64,000 nt of DNA from positions 72,976,001 through 73,040,000 of the forward strand of contig NC_058368.1 of the NCBI RefSeq assembly GCF_018350175.1, read 5' to 3'. Source of the stretch: Felis catus. Taxonomy: Eukaryota. Within the stretch, counting starts at the first letter, position 1, and every line of letters starts with the position of its first letter. A model generated the notes under the pieces. That model searched no databases, was not told where the DNA came from, and was given only the letters and a program-made list of their open reading frames with translations. Positions 1-11,264 of the stretch are shown one piece after another. A program made the translations under genes and the position numbers.

Positions 1-557
1 AAGAGATATCTCTCCTTTCTGGCAGATGTCCTATACTTCACAAGGGCTTCTCTTGGAACCCCTCTTACCTAGCTTTGGGAAGATGAAAACATGCCCCTCC
101 AAGGATGGGAGTTACTTCCCTTTCTTTAGAAACACAAACAATCCCCTCAAGATCAACAACCCCAAAGTCACTAGAATAGAAGAAAGGAGAATTCTAGAGA
201 GCGCGGGGATTGGAGAAGAATCCTAAGGCTCACTGTCAGGCATGGCGAGGATGTGATTTAGAGCACACGAATGCCACAGTGCGTATCTATTTTTGGTGTC
301 AAAAAAAGTGGTTATAAGGTGGTAAAACAGCTGGTGAAGAGCCTCTTCCAACCTTTACATCCAGCTGTAGCTCAAAGTGTGTTGTTAAATTATGACTCAA
401 CAGAGGAACTTAAAACTAAGCTTCAGTGCTTCAGCTGGACGATCTTCAAAACCACATCGGATCATGTATGCATTCTGCTCAGAGGACATTAAAAGTAATA
501 CTGATAATTACAATTAGCATTGAAAAATTAAGAGAGGAAGATAAACAGAGGGTATTC

Positions 558-559
<2 letters not shown>

Positions 560-602
<43 letters not shown>
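560..602. repeat. (GA)n microsatellite
   Basis: Uninterrupted GA dinucleotide run; explains the REREREE stretch in ORF 426..617. Confidence 0.97.
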
Positions 603-606
<4 letters not shown>

Positions 607-1164
607 GCAGAATGTAAAGGAGAAACTGTTCCTCAAAATTCAAGTGCATAATTAATACAAGAATGTCTTCTACAACTTACTAGGCATTAGGTAAATGTTT
701 TGAAGAAATAAATGCATGAGTAAAATAAAAAGAAACATAGAAAGGATGAAAGAAGGGAGGAAAAGAAGAGCCGTTGCCAGAATTCCACATCTAGTTTTCT
801 ATGGAAGATTCTCCTCACTCTAAACGAGGAAGTACTACCATTCTCAGGGGAAAATTGAGCCTGTTTCCACTCGTGTAACTGACTGTCTTGTCACCACTGT
901 ATCCCTGGTGTCCATCTAGCTAAACAGATGGGAGAGCAGCAAATACACCCTTCCGGGGAGAAATGCTACAGACACAGTCAATATCGTCGTGTCTTCACGA
1001 ATGAAGGAAAACCATCAGGGGGAAGCTTTTCAGGAAGTCCTTTATATTTAATAATATTTTAGCTATAAATATCAATATGTATGCAACCAACTTTCTGTTA
1101 GTCATATCATTCCAAGGAAAAGAATACGGATAATAGAAAATTGTTTAAGAATTCCTCAGCAAAG

Positions 1165-1278
1165 CTGTAAGCTCCGTGACAGCAGGGACTGTTTAATTAA
1201 CCCCTATATTACTAGCATGGTGCACCTAGGAGATAATAAAAAATATATGTTTGGAGAGTTAATGAATTCATGAATGAT
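1165..1278 (+). mobile_element. L2 LINE 3' end remnant
   Basis: tgtaagctccgtgacagcagggactgt ... ending in aatgaattcatgaatga, resembling the L2 3' terminus. Confidence 0.55.
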
Positions 1279-2426
1279 ATTGCTCACTCTAGACATTGAC
1301 TTTAATCTTCTTATTAGACAAATCATAATTTTGCATTTTCCTTCATCCTGAAGGTAAATTTTGGTGGATCAAAGCATGCCTCTATGAGCATTTCTGCTTT
1401 CTATGCCTCTACAACGTAATCTAAATGCAAAAACTAAATGGAACAACAAAAACCCAACACAAGGAAGACATCTTCATTATAAGCATTTTTAAGTATGCTT
1501 ATTTCTCGTTTTTTTAAGAGATACTAAGAGAAGGAATTAGAATGAGTTGCACGTTTCTTCACGTGGAACTAAGTGAAAGCTAGTTAGTAGCTTTCAAACA
1601 ATGCTGTTTCAAATGGCAACTAAAGTTTCAGCGAACACAGAATCTCTGGGTGAGAGGAGGAACAAGGCTTCTATTTTAGGCATTTTGTGATAAATTATAA
1701 GAATGGATCACATGAATAAATTTACTGGAAAGCAATTGAAGAGAAAGCTTTTAGAAAAACAGATTTTTGGCAAAAGCAGCCATGAGCTATTCTGGTCTTT
1801 GGCATTTTGAAGCCCATAGAGCAAATTTCCAAAGTAATTAATATAAGTGAACATTACATTTTAAGAAATCAATGCTTTTATATGAAATCCAAGGATATAG
1901 AGCCTATAATCTAGACTTACAAATGAGCACTTTGCATCATTAAAAGTATCACAAAGATTTGAACCAAAGGAGCCAATCAAGTTTATAATATTAGTAATAC
2001 TGCAAGCATTACTGGACAGATGCCCTAATTTTCAAAAATAACCAGTAAAGTTTCTGGCATTTCCCACTGTAACATGAGACTCTGTTATGTGTTAATTGAG
2101 AGTGAACTTTGATTTAAAGATGGAAGTAACAGAGACAGTAAATTACCCGGGGAGCCAGCTATGGTTCCCCGGGTCTCTCTTATGAGAGAGAGAAGGCTGT
2201 CAAAAATGTGCCCCCATATGAACTATGTTTGTGCTCCAGCTTTGTGCGTGAGAAGGTGTCCAGCTTCTTTCTATTGTAAGTTCAGTAAAGACTTTTCTGG
2301 GGAGATGTTTTAAGTCTGTAACTCTATCTCTGGTCAGTCACAGTGGCTAATGGTGTCTCTCTCATTTGTACGTAGGTTGGTGGTAAAGACAATAAAGGAT
2401 AATGTGAGTGACATTTACAATTCTTA

Positions 2427-2641
2427 ATTTTTTTAACATTTTTTTCTTTTTGAGAGACAGAGAGAGGCAGAGCATGAGCAGGGGAGGGGGGAGACAGAGA
2501 GAGATCAGAATCTGAAGCAGGCTCCAGGCTCTGAGCTGTTTGTCAGCACAGAGCTCGATGAGGGGCTCAAACTCACAAACTGCGAGACCATGACCCGATC
2601 TGAAGTCAGACGCTCAACCGACTGAGCCACCCAGGTGCCCC
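2427..2641 (-). mobile_element. CanSINE (SINEC_Fc type)
   Basis: Reverse-complement head ...ctgagccacccaggtgcccc, GA-rich linker, T-rich tail; 19-bp TSD gtgacattt(a/c)ca(a/g)ttctta at 2408-2426 and 2642-2660. Confidence 0.95.
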
Positions 2642-3064
2642 GTGACATTTCCAGTTCTTAGAGAAACACACTTGCTTTGAAAATGTCTCTAAGTAAATAA
2701 CTATGCTGTAAACATACATCCACATATTTCTTATGGAGGGATTCATAAAAATTTCCTGGAATATGTGAAACATTTGATTTCCCTTTTCAAAAAAGCTCAT
2801 CATGTTGCCAAAGTGCATAGCCTGGACTTCCAGTAAATGTAAATACTTTGAAAAACTTTCTCCCCAGTTCTATTAATGACCTTTCATAGCTAAGTTATAT
2901 CTGTGGTGACAAATAAAGGCATGCTGGATAGTTTATGGGTATCATACCAATTTTGCTTTAATTTTATAAATTATCCTCTTGCAAAGAGATGTTATACACC
3001 AGGTGCATAATCTTGCGTAATATGTCATGTTTTACCAGATAAGAAATTTTTGCCATCCATCTTC

Positions 3065-3680
3065 CAGAGAGGAAGTATATATGAAGCATCTGCTGTGACA
3101 CACACCATACTAGGTGCTAAGCTTACAATATGAGTAAATTAGTGTCAAGGCTATGTGGCTAAGGGGCTTTAGAGCAATTGGAAGAACAGCTATGTAAACA
3201 CATGAAGAAATGCTATAGTTTCAGAAACGCTATAACAAGAGGTAGGTACTGTGTCTTACAGAAACAACAGTGAGGGTTCAATTCTCTCTGCAGGGCTGCT
3301 GGCAGTAATTCCCAAGAAGTCATTTGGGGATAGGTCTCTGCAGGATGGTTATTGGGCATTGGTATTCTAGTAGGTGATCTGGCCCATTCCAAAGTCAGGC
3401 GATCCAGGGACATAAAACCATGGGGTATACAGGTGCAAACATGACCAAGGGGAAGCTGGATTATGAAGATTCACAAGTACTGTGCCTAGGAGTTTAGAGT
3501 TTTCATAGAGGAAATGGGGAACCTTCCAAGGCTTTTATGCAGAGTGATGAAATGATCAGATTTGCATCCCTGCAAAACATTCTGGAGGCTACTTAAAGAA
3601 GAGTCTGGAGCAGGGAGAGATTAAGAGAGATGGATTAATGAAGCTATTCCAGAATTAAAGGGGAAATAGTGAAAGCTTAA
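3065..3680 (-). mobile_element. Degraded L2 LINE fragment
   Basis: Typical antisense L2 motifs (catactaggtgct; aatggggaaccttccaaggctttt...atgatcagatttgcat). Confidence 0.6.
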
Positions 3681-3697
3681 TTTAAAAATCTGATTTT

Positions 3698-3947
3698 TGT
3701 TGTAGATTATGTTATTTTTCACCAACTCTTCTAATGTTCTCCATGCAGGAGGGTCATACATTCCCTCTCTGTTAACCCAGCAGTGGAATGTCACTTACAG
3801 GCACAGGTTTTATGAGGCTGATCAATCAGCAAAGACCCTGGATAGAGTTATAGCCAGGTCACAATGAGGGTAGGGCATTAGCAAGAAATGAATCTTTGCA
3901 CACTGCTGAGATCTGGGGGTGTTTATGTTCCTAGCTTACCCTGACTT
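3698..3947 (+). mobile_element. Old MaLR (MLT1-like) LTR remnant
   Basis: tgt... start and MLT1-type 3' part agcaagaaatgaatcttt...ctgagatctgggggtgttt...ctagcttaccctgact. Confidence 0.5.
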
Positions 3948-4407
3948 CCACAAACCCCAAATAGCATACATTTTATTTTTATTTTCTTGTGCTGCAAAGC
4001 ATTGCTGACAATCATTCAGTAAATATCTGTTGGATATCTACTTGGTATTAGACAACATTTTTACTGCTGACCATTTTTCACCTTTAGAGACTTTGCAGTC
4101 ATGTTAGGAAGAGACGACATTAAATAAACCAGTATCTGTGGGAATCCGAAAGCATACAAATCCCTTCCATCTGGATGGGGTGGGCCATGGGTGGTTTCCC
4201 TCATGGTGGAATGTGAACAGGGAGAAATAAAAATGGTAGGCAATAAAGACCAAGATGGGGAAAAGAGAGACAATGAAGTTATAGAGGTAAAGGCAAGAAA
4301 GAAGAAATATGTGAGTCACCTTTGGGATAGAACGGACAGTCCATTCTTAGTAGGCAGTTAATGTCTGTGGCAAACAATATGTTGGCTGGTGCCAGAGTCC
4401 GACTTAG

Positions 4408-4518
4408 TGATTCCTCAGTCACACTAGCATGGTTCAAGTGCTCAACAGTCTGAGGTAGCTAGTGCAGGCAGATACAGAACATTTCCGTCATCACAAAAAG
4501 TTCTTCCGGACAGCACTG
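4408..4518 (-). mobile_element. MER3-like hAT-Charlie fragment
   Basis: ttcctcagtcacactagc...caagtgctcaa...agaacatttccgtcatcacaaaaagttcttccggacagcactg matches the reverse of the MER3 left end. Confidence 0.7.
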
Positions 4519-4538
4519 GTCTGTAGGAGAATAGAGCT

Positions 4539-4759
4539 ATTGGATATCCTTTCCTGCTTTGTCAAAGATTAGTTGGCCATACTTTTGTGGGTCCAATTCT
4601 GAAGTCTCTAGCCTATTCCACTGGTCTATGTGTCTGGTTTTGTGCCAATACCATGCTGTCTTGAGGATTACAGCTTTGTAGTAGAGGCTAAAGTCTGGGA
4701 TTGTGATGCCTCCCGCTTTGGTCTTCTTCTTCAATATTACTTTGGCTATTCAGGATCTT
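4539..4759 (-). mobile_element. Inverted ORF2 segment of a young 5'-inverted L1
   Basis: Translates to [40 protein letters not shown]...[13 protein letters not shown], unmistakable post-RT L1 ORF2p sequence. Confidence 0.95.
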
Positions 4760-5035
4760 GAAATAAGTCATACAGAGAAAGACAGATACCATATGTTTTC
4801 ACTCTTGTGTGGATCCTGAAAAACTTAACAGAAGACCATGGGGAAGGGGAAGGAAGGAAAAAAAAACAGAGAGGGAGGGAGCCAAACCATAAGAGACTCT
4901 TAAAAACTGAGAATAAACTGAGGGTTGATGGGGAGTGGCAGGGAGGTGAAAGTGGGTGATGGGCATTGAGGAGGGCACCTGTTGGGATGAGCACTGGGTG
5001 TTGTATGGAAACCAATTTAACAATAAATTTGATAT

Positions 5036-5072
<37 letters not shown>

Positions 5073-5097
5073 ATACAGAAAAAATAAATAAATAAAA
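4759..5097 (+). mobile_element. Feline-type L1 3' end (ORF2 C-terminus, 3'UTR, A-rich tail)
   Basis: EISHTEKDRYHMFSLLCGS* ORF2 end, carnivore L1 3'UTR (gagactcttaaaaactgagaataaactgagggttgatgggg), AATAAA and a (TAAA)n tail. Confidence 0.95.
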
Positions 5098-5263
5098 GTA
5101 ATTGAAAAGATTAGTGATAGTGAGAAGGGGGAATAAACAAGAGACAAGGCTGTTGAGGGAGAAGAATGAGCCTTTTTTTTTTGCAGTGAAACTGGAACTG
5201 AGTGACAGGGATCTAAATCAGAATGGTGATGGTCAGAATAGGAAAAAAAAAAAAAAAGGAATA

Positions 5264-5929
5264 CAGTCGATTCTCATTATTTGAAGATCTTGTGTTTGCA
5301 GATTTACCCAGTGACTGAAATTTATGTGTAACCACCAAATCAATACTTGACTGAAATTTATTTGTAACCAGCAAATCAATACTTGCTATACTTGCATGGC
5401 AAGCATACACCAACTGGTGCAGAGTGGAGAAAAATTAAATCGTTCGGTGGCTGTGCACATTTCCAGCTGAGGTTGAACAAAGTGATGTTCTGCCTTCTCG
5501 TTTCAGCTCATACTGTAAACAAGTGTCCTTTTTGTGGCCTATTTAGTGGCACATTTTCCGCATTTTTGTGCTTTTTGATGGTGATTTCACTGTTCAAAAT
5601 GGCTCCCAAGTATGGTGTTGCAGTGCTGTCGGGGGTCCCTAAGCACAAGAAGGCTGTGATGTCCCTTATAAAGAAAATACATGTGTTGGATAAGCTCCAG
5701 CCAGGCTGTTGGTCATGAGTTCAATGTTAATTAACCTACATATTGGAAATAAGGCATCTTTGAACAGAAATACAAGTAATACCAGGTTATATATTGATCG
5801 GTTGATGAAAATGTTGAGACCAGAGGCTCACAGGAACCTACGCTTGTATTTCCCCTAGAAACAATGGTTCCATGTTCATGAATTCCATGTTCACAGTGAC
5901 TCTGTAGACATTGTGAATACTAGGAACTG
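5264..5929. mobile_element. Tigger-family non-autonomous DNA transposon (MER82-like)
   Basis: TA|cagtcgattctcattatt terminus, about 660 bp long; residual + strand transposase N-terminus MAPKYGVAVLSGVPKHKKAVMSLIKKIHVLDKL (CENP-B-type HTH start). Confidence 0.85.
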
Positions 5930-7070
5930 TGTGGAAGGGATTGTGACAGAAGCTGGGCACTAGGAGGCTGACAAAGAGCAAGTGAATGGACACCTCAGGT
6001 TGTACCCATTGAAGCAACATGGCACCATGTCCAGACCAGAATTTTCTTTCAAGTAAAGTGTAAGATATTCTCACACTCACTGGAAAGAAGCCACTCATGA
6101 CCGACTTTTTTGGCATGCATACTCAGACTATTCTTTAAATTTACTACTACTGACAATGCAGACAATACTTTTAATAGTTCACCTTTTAAACTTAAATAAA
6201 AATTGGATTGGGAACTTCTAATTTCTAAGTCTCTATGTGAATCATTCAACCTGTCTTAATTTTTACACTATTTCTCTATCTGAGTAGTTAGCAAATAAAA
6301 AGTTCAAAAAGTAAATGAAACACTGAACCCACTGAGCTAACAAGAATATACATGTGGGACTTTAGTTCCAAAGAGCTTTGAAAAATCTATAAGAGAATCC
6401 TCATTAAAATATTAGAAAATATCTGAAATACCAGATCTTTTTTTTTCAAAATATGGTTTGGAAGATGCTGAACATATTTAAGGAGGAATCAATTTGTAAG
6501 AGAAACAAAGGCCATAAATTGTAATCCTTCAGGTGATGAATCAATAAAATTAAATAAATGTTAACAACTGGGTTATTCTGCACCAAAAATAATCTGTAAT
6601 TCAATTTTCTTGCCTTTATTCCATAGCTTGTTAGTGTATATGGCCACTGAATCCCTTTCAATAAAATTATAGTTTCAAAACCCTGAACCAAAATTTAAGT
6701 TTCTTTGCAGACCGTGAGTAAAAATATGAAGCAAATCACTGCCTACCCTTAAACATCCCCACTGCTTTTCATTAAACATGAAAGTTTATGTTTGCATAGT
6801 GTTGCTAATTTGCATATCAATAGAAATATATGCTTCTACAGTGTAAACAATTCCTAGAGAATGAAGAAAAAAAAGCATGGGGTACAGAGGGGCAGAGGTT
6901 ACAAATCCCCAGTGTCTCATCAAACTCCAATCATTCTTCAATATCTGTGTGAGTCCCAACACCTTGTCAACTGGCCCATCACAATGTCATTCATAGCTCC
7001 CTGGGATCACCCTTCAAGATTCTCATGACTACTTGAAATTTTACAGTTGTGCACCTGCGTAATTAGTGAT

Positions 7071-7205
7071 TCTCTCCCCAGTAGACTGCCAGGAGAGCTG
7101 TTTTGCTCACCACTGCGTTCTCAGCATTGAGCTGAATATCTGCACACAGTAGGTGCTTGCTCAAGGAAATTTTGTTCAGTGAATGAATGAGTCCATGAAT
7201 CAGTG
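7071..7205 (+). mobile_element. L2 3' end
   Basis: ctctccccagtagactg...cacacagtaggtgc...tttgttcagtgaatgaatga. Confidence 0.7.
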
Positions 7206-7524
7206 AATCTCTGTACTCTTTATGTAATCTCCGCTCCTCCCGTAGGCTCTCATATGGGAAACAAAATAACACAGAAGGAAAGACCATGCCTCATACCATC
7301 AGACTTACAAAAAAGCAGGGTTGAAATGTCTGCTTGCTTTGTGTGACCTCTTCTGCCCAACTCGGAGCTAAGTGCACAGATCTCAGTAAATGGTGCAGAC
7401 ATTCTTATGTATAATAGTTGTTTCCTGGAACTCTGATGAACACGCATATTCAAAACTGCCCTAACTTTCTGAGCTTGGCTTCCATCCCTCACACCCAAGA
7501 ATAGACTTTTTAGTTGAAGCTTGC

Positions 7525-7736
7525 TTTTTTTTTTTAATGTTTATTTATTTATTTTGAAAGAGAGATAGAGAGTGAGCAGGGGAGGGGCAGAGAGAGAGGA
7601 GAGAGTGAATCCCAAGCAGGCTCCACACTGTCAGCATGGAGCCCAACGAAGGACTCGAACCCACGAACCATGAGATAATGACTTGACCTGAAAGCAAGAG
7701 TAGGATGCTTAACCGACTGAGCCACCCAGGTGCCCC
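7525..7736 (-). mobile_element. CanSINE
   Basis: T-rich tail, GA linker, reverse head ...gagccacccaggtgcccc. Confidence 0.95.
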
Positions 7737-8010
7737 TTCCCTCTTTTCCCCTGAAAAGAAAATATGGTTTTTAATTACTCAGGAGCATGAAGCTAACTAA
7801 TGTGGCAAAAGAGTCAAGCAAAATTGGGAAAATGATGCATTGTAATCACTTAGAACTAAGAGGCTTGTTCCTCTGTCAGGCTGGAAGTACTCAAGGTTGG
7901 CGTTTGGGTCTCAACGGAGAAAAGTCAACATAGATCATGAGGTCACACTCAAAATGCACAGCAGCCACACATTTAATTCCTCAAATGCCAACAGTCTTCT
8001 ATACATCGTA

Positions 8011-8196
8011 TTTTTTTTTTTTGAGAGAGAGAAACAGTGCTAGCAGGAGAGGGGCAAAGAAAGAGAGAGAGAATTTTAAGCAGGCTCCACACTCAACAAA
8101 GAGCCTGATGTGGGGCTAATCCCACAACTCTGGGATCATGACCTAAGCCAAAATCCAGAGTTGGATGCTCAACTGCCAGAGCAACCCAGACAGCCC
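8011..8196 (-). mobile_element. Older, diverged CanSINE
   Basis: Diverged SINE body; imperfect TSD tctatacatcgtatt (7998-8012) / tctacacatcatctt (8197-8211). Confidence 0.9.
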
Positions 8197-8419
8197 TCTA
8201 CACATCATCTTAAAAGGAAAGTTATCTGTCACTTATTCTAGAAATGGTCTTGTGAATTTAACGACACATGCCACATTTCCAAGTGCACGGGACCAGATAA
8301 TTTGAGATATAAATAGCACTGACCTCTTACTCAGCTATTAGCACGCACAATGAGGATTATGCTCGTCCTTTTCTTCCTCCATTGAAATTCTCAAGGAATT
8401 GCCGTTCGTATGTCCTTAC

Positions 8420-8458
8420 CTTTGACATTTTTGCTCATTCTGACACAGTTTGGATATG
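8420..8458 (-). other. Candidate 39-nt exon (unverified)
   Basis: Minus strand: ccttatctctcctcccAG | catatccaaactgtgtcagaatgagcaaaaatgtcaaag | GTaagg; length divisible by 3, two open frames; lies in repeat-free sequence. Confidence 0.3.
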
Positions 8459-10333
8459 CTGGGAGGAGAGATAAGGCTTTTCTCTTGCTCTCTCTCTCTC
8501 TCTTTTTAATGTGACCCAAATTTCCACAGCCTACTATTTTTCCTTTTGTGGAACCGTGCCTTTAAATGTTGAATTAGAGGCTTCAGCTCTGCTAATCAAT
8601 ATTGTTCTCTCCTCCGTGAATAGCGCTGCCAACGAAGGACTGTGCACCCAGAGGAACTTGTGCAAAAAGGACTCTGAAAATCTGCGTGTTTAATGTGGCA
8701 GCGGAAACATTCATAACCGAAAATCAACCTGAATAATAAACAGTTATCGCCCCACTGCTGAACTAAGATAGGCCAGATGAGTGACAGAAACAAAGGAAAA
8801 TGAGATATATTTTGTTTCATGAGAAAAAGCAGCTGCCTTCTTTATCATGCTAAAAAAAAAGGAAAGAAAGAAAAGAGAAACAAAATTGTGGAAAGGGAGC
8901 CAGACGCTGCTTTCATTTTATTATTTTTAGAAGTAATGAGCACAGTTGTGATAAGTCCTGTGAAGTGGGGGCGGGGGGGGGGGGACATGGCATCAATGCC
9001 ATTAATTCTTTCCGTGGGGCTGCATCAGTACAGACTACGAAGCAGAGCTCCCCTTTGGTTAATGTGGTGAAACAGTCTGTACGAACTGGAAAACACTTTA
9101 AGAAAGCTTTGTGCGAATCCAGTGAGCAGAGTGTGGTAATCGTTTTGGATTTCTTACAGAGGATCTTGAGCTCTTTTTCCCAGGGACCTGAAGCTTTCAG
9201 GATATGCTCTCTTGACTTCTCACTGTGGCCGATGGCATCAACAAGACGCACATTTGCTGAAGGCAGGCCCTTGCTACCCACAGCTGAGCCAGGGTATCGG
9301 GGCTTCTGGATGAGCAGAGGGAGGCTGACCAAACCCAGTGAATATGCTGCAGAGATTCTCAGGGGTGGGGGGTGGGGGGCAGTGGGAATCGTGGCGATTC
9401 CTAGGAGAGAATAACCCCTGGACTGATGTCTACTCCCTTTCTGAACTGCTTTAGTCAACAAACACACACTTGAAGATCAGGCCTGTGCTAAGTATAAGCT
9501 GCTGATTTTTAGCTTAAGATACCACATTATAGTGAAGAAAATAACAGAATTAGAGGCAGATGCTCAACTGCATCTGGAACAATGCAGAGAGTGAAGAAAA
9601 ATACACGCCCACAGCCTACTCCTTCCCTTCTCTGAGACAGAGATACTGCTCTGTCATTCATCCTGGTTCCTCCCTTTGGGTTTAGTCTGTAATGTGCAAT
9701 CTTTAGACAACAAGATTATGCCAAGGGGTCTCTGCCTTTAAGCCAGCAAGTCTGCTCTCGCTCACAGCCTCGGCTCTTTCACAGACTCGCTGATGGAGCT
9801 ATTTTGCCCTCAGTTTTGCTTCACCACATTTTCCTGACATCCTCAGTCCAAGAGCTCTCGCTTCCTGCTGCCTCCAATCTCCCACCCAACACCTGTCGTC
9901 CCTCCCAGCCTCCCTGAGACACTTGTCCTTAGTGCCGATGCCAGTGTCACTGAGGCCCCTGAGGACGGGATGCAGATCCGATCATCAGACCAAGTTTTGC
10001 GTGTTTCTTAACTGAACCAAGTGCAAAGGAATTAAGCCCCAAATGGGAAGTTATAAAAGGAGAGGCAATCATTATTAAGCATCATCCCTGTAAGATATCC
10101 CAGAAAGCAAAACTAATGACAAAGGCCTCTCTGCAGGGAAAAGAAATCACCCAGTTCTCTCAGTTTATATGACCATATTTGCAAATTCACTCTGCTGCTT
10201 AAAGATGTGCAAATAAAAAAAAATAGTTTTCCTGTTTCTTATTATGGATCTAACCCTGCTTAAAAGCCTTAACCGAAAGTAATCTAATTGGATGACCTTT
10301 CAGGAACTCAGCTTCCCCATGAAAGCTTGAGAC

Positions 10334-10500
10334 CAGCAGAGTCCAATAGACCTTCTGTGATGAAGGAAATGTGATGATAGATCTGCAGCGTCCAACAGAG
10401 AAACCACCAGCCACACATGGCTACTGATCACTTGAGAAGTGGCTAGTGAGACTGAATTCCTAAAATTAATTTAAATTTTTAGAGCCACATGGGACAGAGA
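10334..10500 (+). mobile_element. MER3-like hAT-Charlie element
   Basis: cagcagagtccaatagaccttctgtgatgaaggaaatgt...ccagccacacatggctactgatcacttgagaagtggctagtgagactga. Confidence 0.8.
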
Positions 10501-10951
10501 TACACATTTTAGAGTCATCAGGATATAGACGATATTAAAACAATGAAGAAAAACCCACAGGTTTGATTTAGTCAAGGGGTTCTGCGAAAAATTAGGTGCT
10601 TTGAGAGACCCCTTCACTATCCTTTGATCTGACACCACAATAATGGAGCATTTGTTCAGGAAAACAAAAATCAATGAATTAATTAATATAGCCATGTGTG
10701 GCTACCGGCTGCCAAATGACCAACATGGCTGTAGAACATAAATGCGGTGCTATGGGTGTGTGGCTGACACAATGTCATGGAGCCTTGTCCTAGAACAGTG
10801 GGCTGGACCAGAGCAGGCAGCTAGGGCCTTCCATCCCTCCTTTGGCATATCCTGTCTCACTGAGAATTGGGTAAAACTGTGTGATAGAGTTGTCTATATC
10901 ACACAGGAGGTATGGTTACAGGAAGAGGTAAAGTAATTGAGATCATACTTT

Positions 10952-11157
10952 TTTTTTAATGTTTATTTATTTTTGAGAGAGAGAGACAGAGTGTGGTGGG
11001 GGAGGGGCAGAGAGAGAGCGACACACAGAATCCGAAGCAGGCTCCAGGCTCTGAGGTGTCAGCACAGACCCCGACATGGGGCTCGAACCCACGAGCCATG
11101 AGATCATGACCTGAGCCGAAGTTGGATGCTTAACTGACTGAGTCACCCAGGCGCCCC
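10952..11157 (-). mobile_element. CanSINE (SINEC_Fc)
   Basis: Full-length reverse copy; TSD agat(c/t)atactttt on both flanks. Confidence 0.95.
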
Positions 11158-11264
11158 TAGATTATACTTTTCTTTTTTGATAGATCCTGCTATCATGTCT
11201 GTTATCTTGACAAGAACACAAAACTCCTATTATAGGATATCAGCTCTTCTTTTAATCTCTCTTA

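Noticed and set aside
4537..4734. ORF with clear protein homology
   Set aside because: It is an L1 ORF2 fragment within an inverted insertion, not a gene.
5383..5718. Possible domesticated Tigger (TIGD-like) gene
   Set aside because: Only a short decayed HTH start within a non-autonomous element; no DDE domain.
8913..9467. Longest ORFs: overlapping antisense pair 8913-9467 (-) and 8965-9414 (+)
   Set aside because: No recognisable domain, not convincingly coding, and they include G-run low-complexity sequence; locally higher GC lowers stop frequency on both strands.
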